DNA from: an uncultured Collinsella sp.
GTDB taxonomy: Bacteria > Actinomycetota > Coriobacteriia > Coriobacteriales > Coriobacteriaceae
DNA: 64,000 nucleotides
Direction of reading: 5' to 3'
Assembly (NCBI GenBank): GCA_900759335.1
Contig: CAAEUX010000102.1
Coordinates: forward strand, 78,713 to 142,712
Both the position numbers and the translations under genes were made by a program. Below are positions 51,603 to 62,621 of the stretch, in pieces (positions within the stretch are counted from its first letter, which is position 1; the number at the start of each line of letters is the position of its first letter). Below the pieces are notes generated by a model. That model saw only the letters and a program-made list of their open reading frames with translations, was not told where the DNA came from and did no database searches.

Positions 51603-52172
51603 GTGAGCGCTCAGGATTCCAAGCTCTTTGTGATTTCTGGACCGTCAGGCGCAGGCAAGGGTACGCTCGTCACTCGTGTGCGCGAGCGCCGCTCGAACCT
51701 GGGCCTGACGGTTTCGGCTACCACGCGAGCACCACGCAAAGGTGAGGTCGACGGCGTCAACTACTTTTTTCTGACGCGCGAGGAGTTCGACCGCCGCGTG
51801 GCAAACGGTGAGTTTGTTGAGTGGGCCGAGGTCCACGGTAACTGCTACGGCACGTTGGTGAGCGAGGTCACATCCAAGCTCGCCTCTGGCGCATCTCTGA
51901 TTTTGGAGATCGATGTCCAGGGCGCCCTGCAGGTGAAGGAGCGTTTCCCCGAGGCCGTGCTGATCTTTATCAAGCCGCCTTCGCTTGAGGTGCTCCGCGA
52001 GCGTCTAGTCGGTCGCGGTACCGAGACGCCCGAGACGATTGAGCTGCGTATGGCAAACGCCGCCGATGAGCTTGCCCTTGCCGACCGCTACGACGACGTC
52101 GTGGTTAATGACGATCTCGACCGCGCGACCGATGAGCTCGTTCGCGTTCTCGATATGCATGAAAGGATCTGA
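51603..52172 (+). CDS. gmk: Guanylate kinase
   Basis: P-loop GPSGAGKGT and the GMP-binding region. GTG start abutting the mihF stop. Confidence 0.95.
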   Translation: MSAQDSKLFVISGPSGAGKGTLVTRVRERRSNLGLTVSATTRAPRKGEVDGVNYFFLTREEFDRRVANGEFVEWAEVHGNCYGTLVSEVTSKLASGASLILEIDVQGALQVKERFPEAVLIFIKPPSLEVLRERLVGRGTETPETIELRMANAADELALADRYDDVVVNDDLDRATDELVRVLDMHERI

Positions 52173-52177
52173 GGTCC

Positions 52178-52459
52178 GTGTCCGTTGTAAAGCCTTGCAT
52201 TGACGATCTTCTGGAGAAGACCGATCACAACCGCTTCCTGCTTGCTTCGCTTGCCTCCAAGCGCGCCTGCGATATTAACAGCATGCTGCGTGGCCAGCAC
52301 AACCGCGTGCTTGCCGTCCAGGATGTCGATGACATCACCATCGGGCTTTCCGGTGCCGATACCATTTCGATGGCTATGGACGAGATTGTCGACGGCGACA
52401 TCTCTTACGACGAGGCCCGTTACGAGAAGGCGCTCGGCCACAAGGTTGCTGAAGCCTAA
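52178..52459 (+). CDS. rpoZ: DNA-directed RNA polymerase subunit omega
   Basis: ...NRFLLASLASKRACDIN... is the canonical omega core. Confidence 0.9.
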   Translation: MSVVKPCIDDLLEKTDHNRFLLASLASKRACDINSMLRGQHNRVLAVQDVDDITIGLSGADTISMAMDEIVDGDISYDEARYEKALGHKVAEA

Positions 52460-53704
52460 ATGGCGGCTCGCGTCTGCCTGGTCCACTATCACGAGGTTGG
52501 ACTGAAGGGTAAGAACCGCGCACATTTTGAGCATATCCTCATGGATAACATCAAGGCGGCCTTGGCCGCCTTTTCCGTGAATGCCGTGTCTCGAATTTCC
52601 GGTTATATCCTCGTGACCTTTAACGAGCATCAGGCCGACGAGGCGGCGCGTGTCATTCGCACCGTTCCCGGCGTTGCTCGTGTGTCTTTGGCGTATCACA
52701 CCAATCGCGACCCTCAGGAGTACTGTGCCGCCGCCGTGAAGGCGCTGCGCGAGTTTGGTTCCTTCGATTCGTTTAAGGTGCACGCCAAGCGCTCCAATAC
52801 CGATTATGAGCTCACCTCGATTGACATCAATCGTCAGGTGGGCGAGGTGCTGTGCGAGGCCTTCCCCGATAAAAAGGTTCAAATGCACGACCCCGATGCG
52901 ATGGTGCACGTACTGGTGGTCCAGGGTAGCGTTTATGTGTACGCGCGCTCCGAGCGCGGCGTGGGCGGTCTGCCGGTGGGTTCTGCCGGCAAGGTCGTGA
53001 CGCTGCTGTCGTCGGGTATTGATTCTCCGGTGGCAACCTGGATGCTCGCGCGTCGCGGCGCGGTGTGCGTGCCGGTACATTTCTCGGGTCGTCCGCAGAC
53101 GCCCGACACGAGCGAGTATTTGGTGCAGGACATCATTCGTGCGCTTGAGCCGGGTGTCCAGATCGGCCGCCTGTACGTGGTGCCGTTTGGCGACTGCCAG
53201 CGTGAGATTTCGGTCACCTGTCCCAGCAACCTGCGCGTGATCATGTATCGCCGCATCATGTATTCGGTTGCCGAGCGTATCGCGCATATCGAGGGCGCCA
53301 AGGCCATCGTGACCGGCGAGTCGCTCGGTCAGGTTGCCTCCCAGACGCTCGAGAATATCATGGCCGTCAACGAGGCCGTGAAGATTCCCGTGTTCCGTCC
53401 GCTCATCGGGTCCGACAAGCAGGAGATCATTGCGCGCGCTCAGGAGATCGGCACGTTCGATATTTCCACCGAGGCGGCGCCCGACTGCTGCACGCTGTTT
53501 ATGCCGCGTCGTCCCGAGACGCACGCCAAACTCGATGCCGTGCACGAGGCCTGGGAGCTGTTCGACCACGAGGAGATGATCGAGCGTCTGCTTAAGCAGA
53601 CCGAGTACATTGACTTCTCCAGCAACACGTATAAGGCCCCTAAGACCTTAAAACGCAAACATTCGGAGCTTGCTCCGCGTGAGATTTACCAAGATCACGA
53701 GTAA
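52460..53704 (+). CDS. thiI: tRNA 4-thiouridine(8) synthase / tRNA sulfurtransferase ThiI
   Basis: THUMP-like N-terminus and PP-loop SGGIDSPVA (VVTLLSSGIDSPVATWM). Confidence 0.9.
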   Translation: MAARVCLVHYHEVGLKGKNRAHFEHILMDNIKAALAAFSVNAVSRISGYILVTFNEHQADEAARVIRTVPGVARVSLAYHTNRDPQEYCAAAVKALREFGSFDSFKVHAKRSNTDYELTSIDINRQVGEVLCEAFPDKKVQMHDPDAMVHVLVVQGSVYVYARSERGVGGLPVGSAGKVVTLLSSGIDSPVATWMLARRGAVCVPVHFSGRPQTPDTSEYLVQDIIRALEPGVQIGRLYVVPFGDCQREISVTCPSNLRVIMYRRIMYSVAERIAHIEGAKAIVTGESLGQVASQTLENIMAVNEAVKIPVFRPLIGSDKQEIIARAQEIGTFDISTEAAPDCCTLFMPRRPETHAKLDAVHEAWELFDHEEMIERLLKQTEYIDFSSNTYKAPKTLKRKHSELAPREIYQDHE

Positions 53705-53715
53705 ATTTGTGCATA

Positions 53716-53750
53716 GACCGACGATGCGCCTGCATCGTCGGCCTTTTGCT
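53716..53750 (+). terminator. Intrinsic terminator after thiI
   Basis: GACCGACGATGC-GCCT-GCATCGTCGGCC hairpin followed by TTTTGCT. Confidence 0.8.
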
Positions 53751-53917
53751 ATCTGGGCATTTTGCGGCTAAGTGTTCATTTGCTGACGTGTGCCTGAATA
53801 AATGGACAGATTTGTGCAAGGTTTTGGTCGGTTTTTGGTTTGACCGTTAAAACCGGTTTTGGAGCGTGGCTGTTGTGGAGCTCCTTTCCTGACACGATGG
53901 TGTTGGGAGGTTTTGCT

Positions 53918-54631
53918 ATGGCGCAGCGCGAACAACACGAACGAGTCAAACGGATGGACCGCTTGGCGGACAAGCTGTTCGGTCATAAGGCAGTGGTGAT
54001 GGCGATACTGGTCGTCATTGCGATGGCGAGCGGCTTGGCGATGGCGAACCTTGGCGGCGGTACTGGCGGCGTGTCGTTTGAGCGCACTGATGGTTCGGGC
54101 TCGTTAGTGGAGCCGGGATCCGGCGATGCCTCGAGCGGAAAGACATCCGAAGGCTCTTCGTCTAAGGCGTCTGCCGCGGCAGAGGTTTATGTCGATGTTG
54201 ATGGTGCCGTTGTGTCGCCCGGTGTATATCGCGTCAAGGACGGCGCGCGGGTGGCTCAGGCGATAGATGCCGCCGGCGGGCTGGCGCCCGAGGCAGACGT
54301 TACGGGGCTCAATCGGGCATCCAAGGTCGTCGATGGGCAGAAGATTCACGTTCCAACGGTGGGGGAGCAGCAGGCGTCCATTGCGGAAGCCGGTGTTGAT
54401 GGTGGGGCTTCCGCATCATCGGGTGTGAGTGGCGCAACAGGCCTAGTAAATATCAATACGGCAAGCGCGGCAGAGCTGCAGACGCTCTCGGGCATCGGTC
54501 CCTCCATGGCACAGTCGATTATCGATGAGCGTACAAAGAACGGTGCTTTTGCCTCGGTTGACGATCTGATGCGTGTGTCGGGAATCGGCGAGAAGAAGCT
54601 TGCCAAAATCAAAGATTGCATCTGCGTATGA
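53918..54631 (+). CDS. comEA: Competence protein ComEA (membrane-anchored SLBB plus tandem helix-hairpin-helix DNA receptor)
   Basis: N-terminal TM, SLBB domain (VYVDVDGAVVSPGVYRVKDGARV), and C-terminal NINTASAAELQTLSGIGPSMAQSIIDER...LMRVSGIGEKKLAKI. ATG at 53918 follows GGGAGG. The track start at 53840 is unlikely. Confidence 0.85.
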   Translation: MAQREQHERVKRMDRLADKLFGHKAVVMAILVVIAMASGLAMANLGGGTGGVSFERTDGSGSLVEPGSGDASSGKTSEGSSSKASAAAEVYVDVDGAVVSPGVYRVKDGARVAQAIDAAGGLAPEADVTGLNRASKVVDGQKIHVPTVGEQQASIAEAGVDGGASASSGVSGATGLVNINTASAAELQTLSGIGPSMAQSIIDERTKNGAFASVDDLMRVSGIGEKKLAKIKDCICV

Positions 54632-56931
54632 GTGCGACCGAGCGCGAACATGTGATGCCTCCGCGGCCCCTGATGCCGTGGACGATGGCCCTGTGTGCCG
54701 GCATGTGCATGAGCTGCGCCTTGGTGCTCAACGTGGCCGCTGATGCGCTGCTGAGGGAGCAGGCGCCGGCGGTCGGGCTGCTATGGGCCATTCCCGTTGC
54801 GGCGGCGGTATTCGTTGTGCTGGCTCAATCTTGTGCGCGGCTTGCCCCTTGGAAGCGGTGGCTGTATGCCGCGTCCGTCGGTCTCGTGGCGGGAGCGGTC
54901 GTCTCGGCGTGGTGGGCTGTGGGCACGCTAGGCGCCTCGAAGGCGCTCGACGGTCGAGCGGCAAGCAGCCTCGAGTTTGTCGTGCAGGGTGATTCATCCA
55001 TAAACGACGACGTGTATTCCTATACCTGCGAGGCGCGTGCGGACGGTAAGAACTTGGCAACGGTTCGCCTGTCGTGTGACCGCGAGCTCAAGGCCGGGGC
55101 GCACGTGCGTGTTATCGGTCGCGTTTCACGTTTTGAGAACGATGCATATGGACGATCGCGCGTGCTCCGAGGCGAGGTGCGCAAGGTTCAAGCCGTTCGG
55201 ATTGTGCCGGTCGATGAGGGCTCTCCGGGGCCGCTGCTTCGGCTGCGAAATGGGCTGCTAGCGTCCATCGCGCCTGCGACCGACCCGGCGCGTGCGCTCA
55301 TAGCCGGTGTCGTCTGCGGTCGTTCGGCCGAGCTACGCGCCCAGCCGGCGGGCGACTGGTTTTCGGTGACGGGAACGGCGCATCTTATAGCCGTCTCCGG
55401 CAGCCATTTGGCTATCGTGGGATTTGTAATCGAGGGTGTATTGCAAAAAACTCGCTGCTCACGTGGTGTTCAGCGGGCGATATTGGCGATGGCGCTTGTG
55501 GGCTACGCTGCCTTTACGGGCGCGTCTCCCTCGGCCGTGCGCGCGTGCTGCATGGTGTTCGCTACGCTTGTTGTAAACGGCGCGGGGCGTCGCCGGCACG
55601 GCGCATCGGCGCTCTTCGTAACCATGTCCATCTTTGTGCTACTGCGACCGACGGTGCTGTTCGAGATGGGCTTTCAGCTTTCATGTGCCAGCGTCTTAGC
55701 CATTCTGTGCTTTTGCCCCTATGCGACCTACGCTTTGGGTGAGCTGGGTGTGTCATCGGGCGTTGCCAGCATGCTTTCCGTCACGCTGTGCTCGCAACTG
55801 GCGACTCTTCCCATTACCATTCCCGCCTTCGGTACGTTCTCGCTCATTGCTCCGCTGGCAAATGCGGTCATCGGTCCGGTGGTGAGCGTGCTGCTTGCTG
55901 TGTCGATCGTGCTGGTTCCCTTTTCGCTCGTGGGACCGTTGCGGACTTGGGCGCTCGTTGTGCCCATGATTGCCGCCCGTTGCGCGCTGTTCTTCGAGCA
56001 GCTGTTTGCCGCCGTGCCGGGTGCATCCGTGAGCGTGCCGCCCGATAGCATGTGGATTTACCTAGCGCCGTGTTTGCTGGCGGTTCTGCTGGTCTGGTGG
56101 CCGCGTCCCCGTGCACGTCCTATGGCGGTGGGGCTTGCATGCCTGGTGCTCTTGGCTGCGATTCCGTACGTCTACTGGGATCGATTCGCTCTGCCTTCGG
56201 TGACGGTGCTCGATGTGGGCCAGGCCGATGCGATTCTTATCCGCCAGGGCGGCGTAGTAGCGCTCGTCGACTGCGGGCTCGACGAGCGCGTGGTAGCGGC
56301 GTTGGTTCGCAATAACGTGCACCATATCGATGCCGTCTTTGTGACGCATTGGGATGAGGACCACTGGGGTGGTCTGCCTGCCGTGCTCGAACGGTTTTCG
56401 GTCGGAACGATTGCCGTGGCGGCGGATGCGCTGGAGGATGCACCTGCCGAGGTATTGAACCGACCTGGCGTTGAGTATCGGCAGGTGCGCCGTGGGGATA
56501 CGGTCGACATCGGCTCATTTTGCGCCCGCGTGATGTGGCCATTCGAGTCCGTGGATGGCGAGGGAAATGAGGACTCGCTTGTCCTGCTGCTCTCTTATGT
56601 TCAGGAAGGCAAGGGCCTGCGTATGCTCCTCACCGGTGATGCCGAGCTCGACCAAGAACGGGAATTCGTGCAGGAGGTGGGGGATATCGATGTACTTAAA
56701 CTTGGGCATCACGGCTCTAAGGTTTCAGTCGATGGTGAGTTGCTGGACGTCTTGAAGCCTGAGCTTTCCCTCGCGAGCGCGGGCGAGGGGAATCGATACG
56801 GCCATCCGTCCTATGCCTGCATCGATGCCGTTAAGGAAGCGGGCGGTGTGTTCGCGTGCACTATCGAACACGGCGACATTACCGTCACGCCAACTGCGAA
56901 TGGCTTTGCGATGCGATGCCAGCGACCGTGA
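54628..56931 (+). CDS. comEC: DNA internalisation-related competence protein ComEC/Rec2 (channel domain plus metallo-beta-lactamase domain)
   Basis: Competence domain (GTAHLIAVSGSHLAIVG), many TM helices, C-terminal MBL domain (VTVLDVGQADAILI...HWDEDHWGG...LKLGHHGS). ATGA overlap with the comEA stop. Confidence 0.85.
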   Translation: MSATEREHVMPPRPLMPWTMALCAGMCMSCALVLNVAADALLREQAPAVGLLWAIPVAAAVFVVLAQSCARLAPWKRWLYAASVGLVAGAVVSAWWAVGTLGASKALDGRAASSLEFVVQGDSSINDDVYSYTCEARADGKNLATVRLSCDRELKAGAHVRVIGRVSRFENDAYGRSRVLRGEVRKVQAVRIVPVDEGSPGPLLRLRNGLLASIAPATDPARALIAGVVCGRSAELRAQPAGDWFSVTGTAHLIAVSGSHLAIVGFVIEGVLQKTRCSRGVQRAILAMALVGYAAFTGASPSAVRACCMVFATLVVNGAGRRRHGASALFVTMSIFVLLRPTVLFEMGFQLSCASVLAILCFCPYATYALGELGVSSGVASMLSVTLCSQLATLPITIPAFGTFSLIAPLANAVIGPVVSVLLAVSIVLVPFSLVGPLRTWALVVPMIAARCALFFEQLFAAVPGASVSVPPDSMWIYLAPCLLAVLLVWWPRPRARPMAVGLACLVLLAAIPYVYWDRFALPSVTVLDVGQADAILIRQGGVVALVDCGLDERVVAALVRNNVHHIDAVFVTHWDEDHWGGLPAVLERFSVGTIAVAADALEDAPAEVLNRPGVEYRQVRRGDTVDIGSFCARVMWPFESVDGEGNEDSLVLLLSYVQEGKGLRMLLTGDAELDQEREFVQEVGDIDVLKLGHHGSKVSVDGELLDVLKPELSLASAGEGNRYGHPSYACIDAVKEAGGVFACTIEHGDITVTPTANGFAMRCQRP

Positions 56932-57009
56932 CGACGTCGTTGGCGTGTGGTGGGCCCCTGGGCTAGAATGGCACGGAACGAATACGAAGGCCTGCGGGAG
57001 GGGAGCGCA

Positions 57010-57972
57010 ATGTCCGAAATCGGTCTGCTGCCGGCATATCTGATCGTCGGTACCGACGGCGTCAAGCGCGATCACGCCGTCTCGCGTATGAAAGCGCGTC
57101 TGGAAAAGACGGGCATGGTCGAGTTCAACCTCGACGAGCGCGATATGACCAAAGACCCCGATATCGAGTCGATTATCGGATCGCTCAACACCTTTCCCAT
57201 GGGCAGCGAGTTTCGCCTGGTAATCCTTGACGGCTGCTCAAAACTCGCCAAAGCGATCTCCGAGCCGCTTGTCGAGTATTTGGCGAGTCCCAGCCCCACG
57301 ACGGTTTGCCTCATCATCGCGGACTCGCTTGCCAAGAACACGCGCCTGTATAAGGCGATCGCCAAGATCGACAAGAAGGCCGTGATCGATTGCTCCGGCA
57401 CCAAGCGCTGGGAGCTTCCGCGCCGCGTGCAGCAGATGGCGACGCAGCACGGCAAGTCGATCTCGACGGCGGCCGCCGAGGAGCTCGTCTCGCGTTCGGG
57501 TGAAAACACGCGCATGCTCGATAACGACTTGGCTAAGCTTGCCCAGATGGTCGAGGTGCCCCAGATTGAGCTTGCCGACGTTGAGCGCTGGATTGTACGT
57601 ACGGCCGAGGTTCAACCCTGGGACTTTCTCAATGCAGTCTCGGCCCGTGACATGCGCCGCTCGCTCGAGCTCTTTAATCTACTGCCCGCCAAGAGCTACG
57701 TGTGGACTTACACATTGTTGTGCGGCCGCATTCGCGAGCTTATCGTTGCCAAGGCGCTCGATGCGCGCGGACAGGGTCGTGAGCTGGCCGCAACGCTCAA
57801 GCTCCAGTCCTGGCAGGTCAAGAATCACCTGACCTGGGCACGTCGCTTTTCGATGGCAGAGCTCGTCGCGGCGCTCGAGGGTGCCGTTGACGTGGAGCTC
57901 GCGCTCAAGGGTTCGGCCGATTCTGAGACCGCGCTTTTACTCTGGATTACGAACATCTTGAGAAAATCGTGA
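57010..57972 (+). CDS. holA: DNA polymerase III subunit delta
   Basis: N-terminal ...YLIVGTD... and AAA+-like clamp-loader delta architecture. Conserved comEA-comEC-holA synteny. ATG at 57010 follows GGGAGGGGAG. Confidence 0.85.
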   Translation: MSEIGLLPAYLIVGTDGVKRDHAVSRMKARLEKTGMVEFNLDERDMTKDPDIESIIGSLNTFPMGSEFRLVILDGCSKLAKAISEPLVEYLASPSPTTVCLIIADSLAKNTRLYKAIAKIDKKAVIDCSGTKRWELPRRVQQMATQHGKSISTAAAEELVSRSGENTRMLDNDLAKLAQMVEVPQIELADVERWIVRTAEVQPWDFLNAVSARDMRRSLELFNLLPAKSYVWTYTLLCGRIRELIVAKALDARGQGRELAATLKLQSWQVKNHLTWARRFSMAELVAALEGAVDVELALKGSADSETALLLWITNILRKS

Positions 57973-58105
57973 TGATACCTGCCTATTTGACAAATTCGTT
58001 CTATCCCTTTGAGGGGGAGCGTGCTATAGTAGGCGCTTGCATGACCTCACCGTGTCTCAGAGGTGTCATACATTTTTTGCAAGGAACTCGAAAGGAACTC
58101 CAGAA

Positions 58106-58372
58106 GTGGCAAACATCAAGTCTCAGAAGAAGCGTATCCGCACCAATGAGGCAGCTCGCATGCGTAACAAGGCTGTCAAGTCCGAGCTCAAGACGCTGAC
58201 CAAGCACGTCCAGTCCGCCGTCGCCGAGGGCGACGCCGAGAAGGCCCAGGCTGCCCTCAAGACCGTCACCAAGCGTCTCGACATGGCTGCTGCCAAGCAT
58301 GTTATCCACAAGAACCAGGCTTCCAACCGCAAGTCCGGTCTTGCCAAGCTCGTGAACAGCATCAACGCCTAA
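58106..58372 (+). CDS. rpsT: 30S ribosomal protein S20
   Basis: GTG at 58106 gives [26 protein letters not shown]..., the canonical S20 N-terminus. AAGGA lies 10 nt upstream. The track ORF at 58037 adds 23 spurious residues. Confidence 0.9.
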   Translation: MANIKSQKKRIRTNEAARMRNKAVKSELKTLTKHVQSAVAEGDAEKAQAALKTVTKRLDMAAAKHVIHKNQASNRKSGLAKLVNSINA

Positions 58373-58408
58373 GTTGTAAATTTCACACCAAACAGATTAC
58401 GCGCATAA

Positions 58409-58445
58409 ATGGAGCCTGTTTTATGGAACAGGCTCCATTTTTTGT
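58409..58445. terminator. Strong intrinsic terminator after rpsT, with bidirectional potential
   Basis: Perfect 12-bp stem ATGGAGCCTGTT / AACAGGCTCCAT with loop TTATGG, followed by TTTTTT. A-run (ATAAAT) on the 5' side. Confidence 0.9.
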
Positions 58446-58468
58446 ACCGCTCGGGTAAGATAGTCCGC

Positions 58469-60280
58469 ATGAATACTTCAATTGACATTTCCCACATCCG
58501 CAACTTCTCAATCGTTGCGCACATCGACCATGGCAAGTCCACGATCAGTGACCGTATCCTCGAACTCACCCATACCGTCGACGAACGCGACATGGAGTCG
58601 CAGCTGCTCGACACCATGGATATCGAGCGCGAGCGCGGCATCACGATCAAGTCCAATGCCGTTCGCGTGTCCTATGACGCCGACGATGGCGAGACGTATC
58701 AGTTCAATCTGATCGATACGCCGGGCCACGTGGACTTTACCTATGAGGTCTCGCGCTCGCTGGCAGCCTGTGAGGGCGCGGTGCTCGTTGTCGACGCCAC
58801 GCAGGGCGTTGAGGCGCAGACCGTCTCTAACGCGACGCTCGCCATGAACGCCAATCTGGACATTGTGCCGGCCATCAACAAGATCGACCTGCCCTCGGCT
58901 CATCCCGACGAGGTTAAGACCGAGATCGAGGATGACCTGGCGATCCCTGCCGATGATGCCGTGTGTGTCTCGGGCAAGACCGGCGAGGGCATCCACGATC
59001 TGCTGGAGTCCATTGTCTTTCTGATCTCTCCGCCCAAGGGCGATGCGAATGCGCCGCTCAAGGCACTCATTCTGGATTCATACTTCGACGAGTATCGTGG
59101 CGTCGTCGCCACGGTGCGCATCTTTGACGGCTCCATCAAAAAGGGTGATACCCTGCGCATGATGCAGGCAAAGGGCGATTTTTTGGTCGATGGCGTGGGC
59201 GTCAAGCGTCCCGCCGAGACTCCGGTTGACGCGCTGACGGTCGGCGAGGTCGGTTACGTGGTCACGGGCCTGAAGGACCCCGAGGCCGTTCGCGTGGGCG
59301 ATACCCTCACGTGGGCGTCGAATCCCTGCCCCGAGCCGCTTCCCGGGTACCGCGAGGCCAAGCCCATGGTCTATACGGGCCTGTTCCCGATCGATAACAA
59401 GGACTACGAGAACCTGCGTGACGCACTCGATAAGCTCCACGTTAACGACCCCTCGTTGGTGTGGGAGCCCGAGACCTCGGTGGCGCTCGGCTTTGGCTTC
59501 CGCGTGGGCTTCCTGGGTCTGCTGCACATGGAAGTCGTCAAGGAACGCCTGGAGCGCGAGTTCAATCTGGACCTCATTGCCACGAGTCCTTCGGTCGACT
59601 ATCACGTGTACAAGACCGATGGCGAGATGATCGATGTCCGCAGCCCGCAGGATCTGCCCGAGGCCACGCGCATCGAGCGTATCGAGGAACCCTACCTCAA
59701 GGCAAAGATCATCTGCCCGCCTGAGTACACGGGTGCCGTCATGCAGCTCGCCATCGAGCACCGCGGCGTTACGACCGACATGATCCACCTGACGAGCAAA
59801 TCGGTCGAGATGCGCTTCGATATGCCGCTCGCCGAGCTCATCTTGGACTTCTTTGACCAGCTCAAGAGCCGTACCAAGGGCTATGCCTCGCTCGACTACG
59901 AGTTCAACGAGTACCGTCCCTCCGAGCTTGTGAAGCTCGATATCTTGCTTTCGGGCGACGAGGTGGACGCGCTGTCGTTTATCGTCCATAAGGACAAGGC
60001 TTATGGCCTGGCCCGTGGTCTGTGCGACAAACTTAAGGAGATCATCCCGCGTCAGCTGTTCGAGGTGCCCATCCAGGGTGCTATCGGCAACAAGATCATT
60101 GCCCGCTCCACCGTCAAGGCGCGTCGCAAGGACGTGCTTGCCAAGTGCTACGGCGGCGATATCTCGCGTAAGCGCAAGCTGCTCGAGAAGCAGAAAGAGG
60201 GCAAGAAGCGCATGAAGGCCATCGGATCGGTCGAGGTCCCGCAGGAGGCCTTTATGGCGATCCTCAAGGTGGACGAGTAG
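58469..60280 (+). CDS. lepA: Elongation factor 4 (LepA)
   Basis: [24 protein letters not shown] and NKID G-motifs, plus the LepA-specific C-terminal domain. ATG at 58469. The track ORF starts 60 nt earlier, inside the terminator. Confidence 0.95.
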   Translation: MNTSIDISHIRNFSIVAHIDHGKSTISDRILELTHTVDERDMESQLLDTMDIERERGITIKSNAVRVSYDADDGETYQFNLIDTPGHVDFTYEVSRSLAACEGAVLVVDATQGVEAQTVSNATLAMNANLDIVPAINKIDLPSAHPDEVKTEIEDDLAIPADDAVCVSGKTGEGIHDLLESIVFLISPPKGDANAPLKALILDSYFDEYRGVVATVRIFDGSIKKGDTLRMMQAKGDFLVDGVGVKRPAETPVDALTVGEVGYVVTGLKDPEAVRVGDTLTWASNPCPEPLPGYREAKPMVYTGLFPIDNKDYENLRDALDKLHVNDPSLVWEPETSVALGFGFRVGFLGLLHMEVVKERLEREFNLDLIATSPSVDYHVYKTDGEMIDVRSPQDLPEATRIERIEEPYLKAKIICPPEYTGAVMQLAIEHRGVTTDMIHLTSKSVEMRFDMPLAELILDFFDQLKSRTKGYASLDYEFNEYRPSELVKLDILLSGDEVDALSFIVHKDKAYGLARGLCDKLKEIIPRQLFEVPIQGAIGNKIIARSTVKARRKDVLAKCYGGDISRKRKLLEKQKEGKKRMKAIGSVEVPQEAFMAILKVDE

Positions 60281-60284
60281 GTCT

Positions 60285-61328
60285 ATGGCGCTTTCTGAAT
60301 ACAGCAAGCGGCTGCTGGGCGCTTATGCCGAGCAGCCGTTCCTTATGGCTCCCATGGCGGGCGTGACCGACCCTGCCTACCGCATCATGTGCCGCCGCCG
60401 CGGTGCCAACCTTGCCTACAGCGAGATGGTGAGCGTGGCGGGCCTTGCCTATGCCAGCAACAAGACCTGGCGCCTGGTGCTACCGGCCGACGAGGAGCAG
60501 CAGATTTGCGTGCAGCTCTTTGGCTCCAAGCCCGATCAGTTTGCGAGCGCCGTCGCCGCCGTCGAGGAGCGCGTTGGCGATCGCCTGTCGCTCATCGACA
60601 TCAACATGGCCTGTCCTGCCCGCAAGGTTGTCACCAAGGGCGAAGGCTCGGCCCTTATGCGCACGCCCGATTTGGCCGAGAAGATCGTCGAGGCCACGGT
60701 GGGCGCGGCTCACGTGCCCGTGACCGTAAAGATCCGCAAGGGCTTTTACGCCGAGGACCGTAATGCCGCAACGTTTGCCCAGATGCTCGAAGGGGCGGGC
60801 GCCTCCGCAGTTGCCGTGCACGGTCGTTGTGCCACGCAGCTCTATACGGGGCAGGCCGATTGGTCTGTCGTCGATGAGGTCGCAGATGCTGTCGAGATTC
60901 CCGTGATTGGTTCGGGCGATGTGTTCTGCGCCGAGGATGCCGCGGAGCATCTGCGCAGTTCTGGTGCCAGCGCGGTGTTTATCGCGCGCGGCATCTACGG
61001 TAATCCCTGGGTCTTTGGTGATGCTCGCGCCCTTGCGCTCGATGGCATACCGGTGCCGGCGCGCAGCTCCGTCGAGCGCCTGGACGCCCTGCGTGAACAC
61101 CTAACGCTGACGCACGAGCTTCTGCCGCTCATGTCGCGTGCCCGCACGTACGCAAGCTGGTACTTAAAAGGCATGCCCCATGCCGCCGCTTGGCGTGCCC
61201 ATGTGGTGCGCTGTTCCACATACGAGGAGTTTATGGTGCTGGTCGATGAGATCGAGCGCGATGTGGTGGCCTGCGAGGCCGCACTTGCCGCCGGCGAATC
61301 GGTGCCCCCTCATCCGCTGGAGGCTTAA
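60285..61328 (+). CDS. dus: tRNA-dihydrouridine synthase (DusB-like)
   Basis: MAPMAGVTDPAYRIMCRRRGANLAYSEMV... FMN TIM barrel, with conserved catalytic Cys region (INMACPA). Confidence 0.85.
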   Translation: MALSEYSKRLLGAYAEQPFLMAPMAGVTDPAYRIMCRRRGANLAYSEMVSVAGLAYASNKTWRLVLPADEEQQICVQLFGSKPDQFASAVAAVEERVGDRLSLIDINMACPARKVVTKGEGSALMRTPDLAEKIVEATVGAAHVPVTVKIRKGFYAEDRNAATFAQMLEGAGASAVAVHGRCATQLYTGQADWSVVDEVADAVEIPVIGSGDVFCAEDAAEHLRSSGASAVFIARGIYGNPWVFGDARALALDGIPVPARSSVERLDALREHLTLTHELLPLMSRARTYASWYLKGMPHAAAWRAHVVRCSTYEEFMVLVDEIERDVVACEAALAAGESVPPHPLEA

Positions 61329-61330
61329 GG

Positions 61331-62563
61331 GTGGCCGTTACCACGCTGTACGTGCACGTGCCGTTTTGCGCTCAAAAGTGCCGGTACTGCGACTTTGACT
61401 CGCGCAGTTTTGCTCCGTGCGACCTGAGCGCTGCGCTCGATGCCTATTTTGAGCAGTTGTACGCGCGCCTCGATGCTTTTGGCAAAGCTGGGGCCCTTGA
61501 CCAGATCCGCACCGTCTATGTTGGCGGCGGTACGCCGTCGCTGGCGGGGGAGCGCTTGGTGGAGCTGGCGCGGCGTATTCGTGCGTCGTGCGCCCCTGTT
61601 GAGTTTACCTGCGAGGCCAATCCTGAGTCGCTGACCGCCGAGCTTGCCGCTGCGCTTGCCAAGGTTGGTGTCACACGCGTCTCTCTGGGCGTGCAAACGC
61701 TCGATAACACCGAACTTACCGCCATCGGCCGTATTCACGATGCCGATCGGGCGCTCGCCGCCATCGCGACGGTCAAGAACGCTGGGCTTGACGTGTCGTG
61801 CGACCTTATGTGCGGACTTCCCGGGCAGACCGCAGCGAGTTGGAAGCGCACGCTCGATGGCGTGCTGGCGGCGGCTCCGCATCATGTGTCGGTCTACCCG
61901 CTCACGCTTGAGGAGGGGACGCCCCTTTATCGCATGGCGTGCCGCGACGAGTTGCTCGAGCCTGATGAGGATTTTCAAGCTTCGTGCATGGATGTGGCGC
62001 GTGAGCGTCTGGGTGCGGCCGGTTATCACCCCTATGAGGTGGCAAGCTATGCGCTCGACGGCCATGAGTGCGCCCATAACATTGCCTACTGGACCGGACG
62101 GGGCTACCTGGGCCTGGGTCGTTCTGCCGCGGGCATGCTCGACGCCGAGGATTTCGACCGTCTTGCAGGTTTGTTTCCCGGTGTTTCTTCTCGAGGCGAT
62201 GCGTACCGCGTGCGTCTGGTGCAACGTTACGATGACGCGACGGCGTTCGAGACCGAATATCTGTCGCAGCGTGAGGCTGCGGCTGAAGACCTGATGCTCG
62301 CTTGTCGCATGACGCGCGGTGTCGCGTCCGACCTGTTGGTTCGTGCAGCTTGCGTCATCCCAGCGGGTGAGCTGGCAGCCGCTTGCGATCGCGCACTCGA
62401 ATTGGGTCTTGTCACTTGGGTTCCCGAGACGCTCGGGGTCCATGAGGGACCCTTCACTTCGGCAGATGTCGTCGCGGGCCATGTTCGAGCTCGTCTGGCG
62501 CCGACACACCTGGGCTGGCTCGATGGAAATGTTCTGTTCGAACTGTTTTGGGATCTAGCTTAG
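61331..62563 (+). CDS. hemW: Radical SAM heme chaperone HemW (oxygen-independent coproporphyrinogen-III oxidase-like)
   Basis: LYVHVPFCAQKCRYCDF (CxxxCxxC) and the GGGTPS motif. Typical position downstream of lepA. Confidence 0.9.
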   Translation: MAVTTLYVHVPFCAQKCRYCDFDSRSFAPCDLSAALDAYFEQLYARLDAFGKAGALDQIRTVYVGGGTPSLAGERLVELARRIRASCAPVEFTCEANPESLTAELAAALAKVGVTRVSLGVQTLDNTELTAIGRIHDADRALAAIATVKNAGLDVSCDLMCGLPGQTAASWKRTLDGVLAAAPHHVSVYPLTLEEGTPLYRMACRDELLEPDEDFQASCMDVARERLGAAGYHPYEVASYALDGHECAHNIAYWTGRGYLGLGRSAAGMLDAEDFDRLAGLFPGVSSRGDAYRVRLVQRYDDATAFETEYLSQREAAAEDLMLACRMTRGVASDLLVRAACVIPAGELAAACDRALELGLVTWVPETLGVHEGPFTSADVVAGHVRARLAPTHLGWLDGNVLFELFWDLA

Positions 62564-62621
62564 GTCGCTCGTGTAGAATTACCGGAATATATACGCTGCT
62601 GTGAGCAGGAGGTTGCCGCGC